Positions 26,300-32,000 of a DNA stretch of 32,000 nt are shown here, one piece after another (the first letter of the stretch is position 1; the number at the start of each line of letters is the position of its first letter). The position numbers and the translations under genes were made by a program. This DNA is from Candidatus Heimdallarchaeota archaeon (lineage in GTDB: Archaea; Asgardarchaeota; Heimdallarchaeia; Heimdallarchaeales; Kariarchaeaceae): NCBI GenBank assembly GCA_030149205.1, contig JASBSB010000001.1:870001-902000 (forward strand), read 5' to 3'. Under the pieces are notes generated by a model. That model was not told where the DNA came from. It ran no database searches and worked only from the letters and a program-made list of their open reading frames with translations.

Positions 26300-28225
26300 A
26301 TGAGTTTGTTTGAGTACCAGGTGAAGAACCTAAAACCAATTTACATGTCTCCAGCACCACACAAAATAAGAACGGATATCAAAACGAAAACGGTGTACCT
26401 CGAGGGGTACTCATCATTTCTCAATCTAACAGAACTATCAGATATGAACAGATTATATGTCACATGGGATTACAACTCTGGTTTAGGAGTTGAAGCTCTA
26501 GACAGTCTTATCCAACAGGTCTTAAAGCTGAAGAACCTAAAATCTCTGCATATAAGGGGATATAATCTCCCTCCTCCACCATTGGAAATCTGGGGATTAC
26601 AGGGGTTAGACGAACTAGCGCTTGAAGGTTTTATCCTGCGATCTATTCCCACCTCGGTTTCAAAGCTGACAAATCTAAAGGGATTGACATTAAAGGACTG
26701 TCACATCTCCTCTTTTCCAAAGGAATTGAAGTTTCCAACAGATTTACGCTTCTTAATTCTCAGTAATAACAGATTTAATTTTATACACCCTGATATTTGG
26801 AATTTGAAAGAGCTGAGAGTACTCAACCTGTCAACAAACGGAATTTATCATTTTCCAGATGAAATTGGAAAACTTACAAATCTCAGGGTCTTAAGATTGA
26901 GAGGCACAAAACTGAGGAAGCTGACCGCAGAGGTTGGAAAGCTTACCAAACTACAAGTGTTGGATATACTATACACTAACGTTTGGCCTATACCACGAAC
27001 GATTGAAAACCTCACGGATTTGAAATATTTTTGTATAGATGGGTCTGGTTTTTTAAAGCTTCTCCCGGAGCTGGGCAAGCTGCTGAACATCAAAAATTTA
27101 AAGATTAGAAGTTTAAGTGTTACAAATAGTAGTCTAATCACTCTAACAGAAAGGTGTAATGATCTTATACATCTAAAGGCCTTAACAGTATCCCTTGAGA
27201 CACCAGACAAATTATCCGAAAAAATTATGTGTTTTTCTAACCTTAATTCATTGGTCATTCGAGGTAAAGTTACAGAGATTCCTCCTGAGATTGGAATGTT
27301 GCGGAACTTAGAAACATTAGAAATAACTTCTGGTGCCTTCAGACAGCTACCAACAGAATTAGGATTGTTAAGCTCATTACAAGTTTTGAAAGTAAATTTC
27401 TCAGACTTACAGGCACTTCCAGAAAGTATTGGAAACCTCAGAGAGCTGAAGGAGTTGCATTTAAAATATACTCTACTTGAGAAACTTCCTCACACTATTG
27501 GTAACCTTGGCTCACTGAAAATTCTAAATCTTCATGCAAGTAAATTTAGAGAAATTCCTGCAGAAATCGGAAAATTGAAAGAACTGAGAATTTTGGTTCT
27601 TACCATGAACAAATTATCAACTTTACCAGAAGAAATTGGGGAGCTAAGCTCCTTAAACGTGATTGAGGCCTCAGGTAACAACATTAATACCTTACCAAAG
27701 GGGATTGACAAACTGTCTAAGCTGAGATATCTTAATCTTGGGGCTAATGAGTTAAATTCGCTTCCCTCTGAAATTGGAGGACTTCAGAGCTTGGAGAAGT
27801 TAAGCCTCATTTCAAATCAACTTAGTGAGGTTCCTGAAAGTATTGGTGCTCTAGAAAGTCTCAAGATACTTTACCTGAATGAAAACCAACTGATCGAAAT
27901 CCCTACCGGAATATTTAAGCTAAAAAAGCTGGAGAAGTTAAGCATTGGATCCAATCAAATACAGAGTATCCCTCCAGAGATTTCCAAGCTTGCAACCCTA
28001 AAAATACTGCATCTTCCAGGAAATCAACTGACTGAAATCCCTCCTCAGCTTGCTTCCCTAGAGAGACTAGAGATACTGAACCTTTGTAGAAATTCAATAC
28101 AGTCTGTGCCATCACAAATATCTGAGCTTAGATATCTGAAGAGATTTGACCTGAGCTACAACCCAGTAACCAACTTTTGGAGAAAGTTATTTGGGAGATT
28201 TTTTGATATTGAAAAAAATGGTTGA
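26300..28225 (+). CDS. Large LRR-only protein (over 20 repeats of ~23 aa)
   Basis: Continuous LPxEIGxLxxLxxLxLxxNxL repeats; no Roc/COR, TIR or NTPase domain visible. Confidence 0.95.
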   Translation: MSLFEYQVKNLKPIYMSPAPHKIRTDIKTKTVYLEGYSSFLNLTELSDMNRLYVTWDYNSGLGVEALDSLIQQVLKLKNLKSLHIRGYNLPPPPLEIWGLQGLDELALEGFILRSIPTSVSKLTNLKGLTLKDCHISSFPKELKFPTDLRFLILSNNRFNFIHPDIWNLKELRVLNLSTNGIYHFPDEIGKLTNLRVLRLRGTKLRKLTAEVGKLTKLQVLDILYTNVWPIPRTIENLTDLKYFCIDGSGFLKLLPELGKLLNIKNLKIRSLSVTNSSLITLTERCNDLIHLKALTVSLETPDKLSEKIMCFSNLNSLVIRGKVTEIPPEIGMLRNLETLEITSGAFRQLPTELGLLSSLQVLKVNFSDLQALPESIGNLRELKELHLKYTLLEKLPHTIGNLGSLKILNLHASKFREIPAEIGKLKELRILVLTMNKLSTLPEEIGELSSLNVIEASGNNINTLPKGIDKLSKLRYLNLGANELNSLPSEIGGLQSLEKLSLISNQLSEVPESIGALESLKILYLNENQLIEIPTGIFKLKKLEKLSIGSNQIQSIPPEISKLATLKILHLPGNQLTEIPPQLASLERLEILNLCRNSIQSVPSQISELRYLKRFDLSYNPVTNFWRKLFGRFFDIEKNG

Positions 28226-28328
28226 TACACAATTTAAAATAATGGATCTAAATTCATTGAATGTGAATTTCAAAGCCACTATGGCTAAGCGAGGTGGACT
28301 TCCCCTCATTTAAAGAATTCATGAGGTG

Positions 28329-30062
28329 TCAGAGCTGTTTATACAATGAATAGAAATAGACAGAGTTTGGTCTTGCTTTATTGCTATAGTGTTTCATAGC
28401 ATTTCTCATCAGGTAAACCAAGATAAGGTAGAAGTCAAAAAAGGCGAGCATCCCCAGAATCCCAAGACCCCAGTTTATGGCAATCATTCCCCAGACTATC
28501 CCAAAAAGCTGAACAAGCATAAGAAGATAAAACAGAAGAGGTTTGATCTTGTGACCCAGAGTTGGCATCAGCACCCCTGACACACCAAACCTCTTGAAAA
28601 GATCATAGGAGAATACAAAGACTTGCATAACTTCGACAAATATTAGTGCAACAATAAAAATTGAATATATTGATTTTTTCCCCATAACTGACATCAATAC
28701 ATCACCTAATGATGTAAAATAGACCGTGAGAAGGATGACTACATTAGCAAGGATAATCAATATTATGGCTGAGTAAAAAAACAACCACCGAAAGAGAAAG
28801 AGTGCCAAAGATGAATTAGAGAAGTTAACTTCATAAATCTGTACATGAGAATTTTTTCTATAGTTAAGGTAAAATATATAGAAGAAAGTTGGTACCATTA
28901 CAGCGAAGAAAACTCCGATACTCATTAGGGGAGCAAAAATTGTTTCGTTGAAATTATAGACATTGAGAAATTTACTGAAAGATCGCTGTAATACTATCAT
29001 GATCAAAATGGAACCCCCGACCAGAAATGCAAAAAATACCATACCACGAACAGTCAAGATGTTGAAAACATTGAATGAATCTGTCACAATTAGGTAAAAA
29101 AAGAACATTGCGAAATTATAATACAATAACCAATTAAATAGACTTCTTTGCTGATTTACAGAATTCAAGGAAAAGAGAAATAAATAAAAGGTAAGCTGGT
29201 AAAATAGTAAAAAGATCCAGAAGGTTACAATATTCATTTTAAAGGTCTCTCTCGCTATTGTTGGGTTATTGAATCGCTCAGTTACAGGGACTGGTTCAGA
29301 GATGTTTTTTTCTGGCTCGATCTCCATTTTCGTATTTAATCCACTGTCTCCACCTATTTCTGTACCCCAATGATTAACGACCAAATAACTGCTAAATTCC
29401 TCAGTACTCTCACTTTTCGTCGTGTTAAACCCCTCTCTGCTGAGCCGCTGTAAAAATTTTTGTAAATCTAAATTTGACACATTGTTAACTTGGGTTTTGT
29501 AGCTGTATACGTTTGCTGATTCGGAAGATGATGAGTTGTTCAAAAATTTCTCGCTGATCTTGGTAAATTTCTCAGGGATAAACGAAACCCTAAAGCTCAA
29601 ATGTCCAAATTTATCTGCCTTTCTTAATTCCCGGAGCTTTGCTATCAGAGATCTGGGGGTGGGGGCAAATGTAAAGGTGAGTTCCAACATTTGGATTTCT
29701 TTCATCTGAATTTTCTCTTTTTTATTACTCAGTCTGTTTTTGATAATTAGACTCCCATCTGTGTTAAGATATACCATTTCACCAAACGCATGAAACACAA
29801 CTGGGTAGGTAACCCATAAGAAGAGATACAGAAATCCAAGCACGGAATAAGGCCAGTATGATGGAAACACAAGGCTCTGACTATCTGCAATGATTTTTGC
29901 CAGGCGATCCTGGGTGAGGGGACCCAAAGCAAGTCTAACTATGAAGAGCTGATAAGCCACCCAAAGTCCTATCAAATTGAACAGAATCTTGAGATCAAGG
30001 TTTTGGACATTGAGCAACCAATCCACAAAAAGCTTATTGCGAATGCTTCTTTGAGATGGCAA
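28329..30062 (-). CDS. Polytopic membrane protein, family A, with N-terminal extension
   Basis: LMPTLGH...QLFGI and C-terminal PNSVYFYS match 20003-21046; extra N-terminal TM pair and soluble domain; TTG start. Confidence 0.82.
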   Translation of the reverse strand: MPSQRSIRNKLFVDWLLNVQNLDLKILFNLIGLWVAYQLFIVRLALGPLTQDRLAKIIADSQSLVFPSYWPYSVLGFLYLFLWVTYPVVFHAFGEMVYLNTDGSLIIKNRLSNKKEKIQMKEIQMLELTFTFAPTPRSLIAKLRELRKADKFGHLSFRVSFIPEKFTKISEKFLNNSSSSESANVYSYKTQVNNVSNLDLQKFLQRLSREGFNTTKSESTEEFSSYLVVNHWGTEIGGDSGLNTKMEIEPEKNISEPVPVTERFNNPTIARETFKMNIVTFWIFLLFYQLTFYLFLFSLNSVNQQRSLFNWLLYYNFAMFFFYLIVTDSFNVFNILTVRGMVFFAFLVGGSILIMIVLQRSFSKFLNVYNFNETIFAPLMSIGVFFAVMVPTFFYIFYLNYRKNSHVQIYEVNFSNSSLALFLFRWLFFYSAIILIILANVVILLTVYFTSLGDVLMSVMGKKSIYSIFIVALIFVEVMQVFVFSYDLFKRFGVSGVLMPTLGHKIKPLLFYLLMLVQLFGIVWGMIAINWGLGILGMLAFFDFYLILVYLMRNAMKHYSNKARPNSVYFYSLYKQL

Positions 30063-30304
30063 GTAAACCTAGGTCTAATTTTCACACATAAGAACTTTTT
30101 TCTCATGGTTATCTTTCAGTGATGTAATACCTAAGGAATGTGAGGGAGTATTTGAATTATCTATCAATACACTAAACCATGGCTTGCTTTCAGTAATCGA
30201 TAAGAACAGAAATATAGAGTGATTCATGCAACACTGACTTGGTAAAAAGTGAGACTAGATCTTGAAAACGAACTTTTTTTAAGTCAGTTGTTCTTTATAG
30301 ATTC

Positions 30305-31252
30305 ATGGATCTGCATCGAGGTGTAAAAATAGTAGAAAATGAGAATAAACTTATTTTACTCCCAAATTTGACCACATTTAAATTAGGGTATCTAATTATT
30401 CCAACTTCGATTTTGATCTTCTTTTCAATACCAGAGATTATGGCCATTTATCTTTTTGTGAAACATCAATTCTTTCTAACAGTGTCTGATTACTTTTGGA
30501 TACTAGGGTTACCCATGCTTGTGTATTTATTTATAATTATTGGAATAACAAGAATTCCATCTATAAAGCAATCATTGCAAATAACCCCAATGTATTATTA
30601 TATAATAGTTGTAACTTTTACAATTCTGATACCGTCAGTTGGTCTTGGATTCATCTCCGACACTTTTTTAGTAAACGTCACCAAAGGTCGTCTGTTGTAT
30701 ATATTGGCATTTAGTAATTTTAGCATGTTAATATCTTTGAATTTGGGTTTCCTTGCTCTCTCTTTCTATACTTCTATTGTATTAGAAAGAAGAGGAAGGG
30801 AGATAACTGGATACTCCTATTTCAGCTACTATATTCTTCCATTTGTCAAAATTCAGAGAAATTCAATCTACAAATCACAAGAACCAATGAAAATGAGATT
30901 CTTTATACAAGACAAGAACCGAGAATCAGTAAAAGATGGGCAGGTATATGCGTCTTATTCATATACACTGAATGAATTTTTAAACCTTCAAGAGGGACCC
31001 AACAAGAAATTTTTGCTTGGTCTGTATGGACCTGTTGATCAAGGACCGAATATTTTCGGAGATATTATAATTCAATCCAAAGAGAAAAAGGATATTCTTG
31101 AGACTATACAGAGGATCTCAACATTTTGTAAGGTTGAAATTGTGAAAATACCAGCCATTTTTGAGAAGGTTTCTCTGTCTGGTGCTGTTAAAAATGAATC
31201 TGCCAAAGATGGGAGAACCGCTGAACAGATCCTAACCGAAATGAAAACATAA
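30305..31252 (+). CDS. Membrane protein, family B (paralog of 22778-23779)
   Basis: VKIVENENKLILLPNLT, SQEPMKMRFF, LYGP, AEQILTEMK. Confidence 0.85.
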   Translation: MDLHRGVKIVENENKLILLPNLTTFKLGYLIIPTSILIFFSIPEIMAIYLFVKHQFFLTVSDYFWILGLPMLVYLFIIIGITRIPSIKQSLQITPMYYYIIVVTFTILIPSVGLGFISDTFLVNVTKGRLLYILAFSNFSMLISLNLGFLALSFYTSIVLERRGREITGYSYFSYYILPFVKIQRNSIYKSQEPMKMRFFIQDKNRESVKDGQVYASYSYTLNEFLNLQEGPNKKFLLGLYGPVDQGPNIFGDIIIQSKEKKDILETIQRISTFCKVEIVKIPAIFEKVSLSGAVKNESAKDGRTAEQILTEMKT

Positions 31253-31260
31253 CTTGTATT

Positions 31261-31790
31261 TCATTGAAATTTCTGAGTATTTACATCCCTCTCGTATTCA
31301 ACTGCATCAGACCAATAAATTGTTGATTTACCTTGTTAACAACATATTGACCGTCCCTCCTGTAAGTGATTCCCAGTTACCATACCCAGATGATATTTTC
31401 CCACCCTGAGACACTTTTAAAATTTTACAGATCCATTAAACCACCCGCTTAACCGTTAATTGGTAAATAGGATTACATTTTTCATAAAACTTGAAGAATT
31501 GTGTCTATTGCAAATAAAGCTATAGCATTTGCTGTATTATCTGCAAAAGCATCCCCTTGGCTCCTCCAAGGCAAGCTTGCAATGTAACGGAGAATAATTG
31601 ACCTATTGAGTATACTACATCTCAAAAGGTACTGTGGATAGATCCAAGGTCAGAATTAAGAGTTGGAATAATTTCTGGGAATGTTGTTATCAAATTGATC
31701 CACGAGGAAACATTACCAATAATCCGTAAGCATGAAACTACCAATTATTGCTAATAAAGCTGATGTTGAAGGATAGAGGGTTTGATAAGT
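31261..31790 (-). pseudogene. Possible decayed membrane-protein gene (fragments in several frames)
   Basis: Protein-like fragments such as PWRSQGDAFADNTANAIALFAIDTILQVL and LGSIHSTF*DVVYSIGQLF are broken by stops and frame changes. Confidence 0.3.
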
Positions 31791-31820
31791 CTTAAGAACC
31801 AAAATAATCTAGATTTATAA

Positions 31821-32000
31821 ATGACATATATCCTTGAAAATGATGAAGCCATTAATCTTGTTCAATTCAAATTGGAATCGATTCAAGAAGCTATTTCATC
31901 AATTTTAGATATGTGGAAAATTTCAACCATTGAGGAATTTTTGGATTTAACGAAGGAAGGTCAATTAGATGCAGCAGTCATGGATGCTATATCCATGCGT
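31821..32000 (+). CDS. Small acidic helical protein, truncated by the window end (MTYILENDEAINLVQFKLESIQEAISSILDMWKISTIEEFLDLTKEGQLDAAVMDAISMR...)
   Basis: Open frame from ATG 31821 to the window edge, amphipathic pattern; not in ORF track. Confidence 0.7.
   Translation, partial: MTYILENDEAINLVQFKLESIQEAISSILDMWKISTIEEFLDLTKEGQLDAAVMDAISMR

Noticed and set aside
26300-28225. Roco/LRR-Roc-COR or NLR-like protein
   Set aside because: No GTPase, NACHT or TIR motifs; the LRRs run to the C-terminus.
368-30714. Short ORF-track entries overlapping longer genes (e.g. 368-568, 540-881, 833-1027, 2608-2826, 4165-4497, 6169-6393, 10421-10681, 10746-10943, 11696-11917, 13292-13501, 14999-15229, 15128-15370, 15331-15576, 16677-16865, 17316-17525, 18317-18499, 20494-20694, 23415-23684, 23998-24219, 24388-24573, 25070-25270, 26470-26652, 26848-27258, 27915-28115, 28389-28580, 29747-29932, 30496-30714)
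   Set aside because: Antisense or alternate-frame shadows of well-supported genes, with no recognisable motifs.
1-32000. CRISPR arrays, tRNA/rRNA genes, IS transposases, integrases
   Set aside because: No regularly spaced repeats, cloverleaf-sized GC-rich elements or DDE/HUH/tyrosine-recombinase motifs were seen.

Overview
AT-rich accessory region with archaeal expression signals (GGTGA-type Shine-Dalgarno motifs, TATA boxes about 25-30 nt upstream). Its LRR proteins, C-terminally anchored surface proteins and membrane-protein paralogs suggest an Asgard/Heimdallarchaeia-like host (inference only). No rRNA, tRNA, CRISPR array or transposase was seen. The main find is a minus-strand island at 1517-12917: TetR, a HEPN-SAVED fusion, a CARF-wHTH regulator, a 39-aa peptide gene, a tightly coupled 7-gene tailoring operon, and a paralogous 41-aa peptide gene. 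The operon encodes an NAD-dependent epimerase, a GT4 glycosyltransferase, a radical SAM/SPASM enzyme, a His-bearing WG-repeat propeller, an O-methyltransferase, a P-loop kinase and a nucleotidyltransferase-UDP-glucose dehydrogenase fusion. Both peptide genes are missing from the ORF track, share the core RIQSHADKTGKN and bracket the operon. This suggests a possibly undescribed peptide/protein-modification or chemical-defence system next to cyclic-oligonucleotide sensors that have no canonical cyclase in the window. The rest holds an ADP-ribosylglycohydrolase, a TetR/SRPBCC pair with a palindromic operator, a 93%-identical TetR fragment, a wHTH-vWA-LRR operon, a 641-aa LRR protein, two paralogous pairs of membrane proteins and several decayed gene remnants. 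All domain calls come from motif reading by eye, not from database searches.
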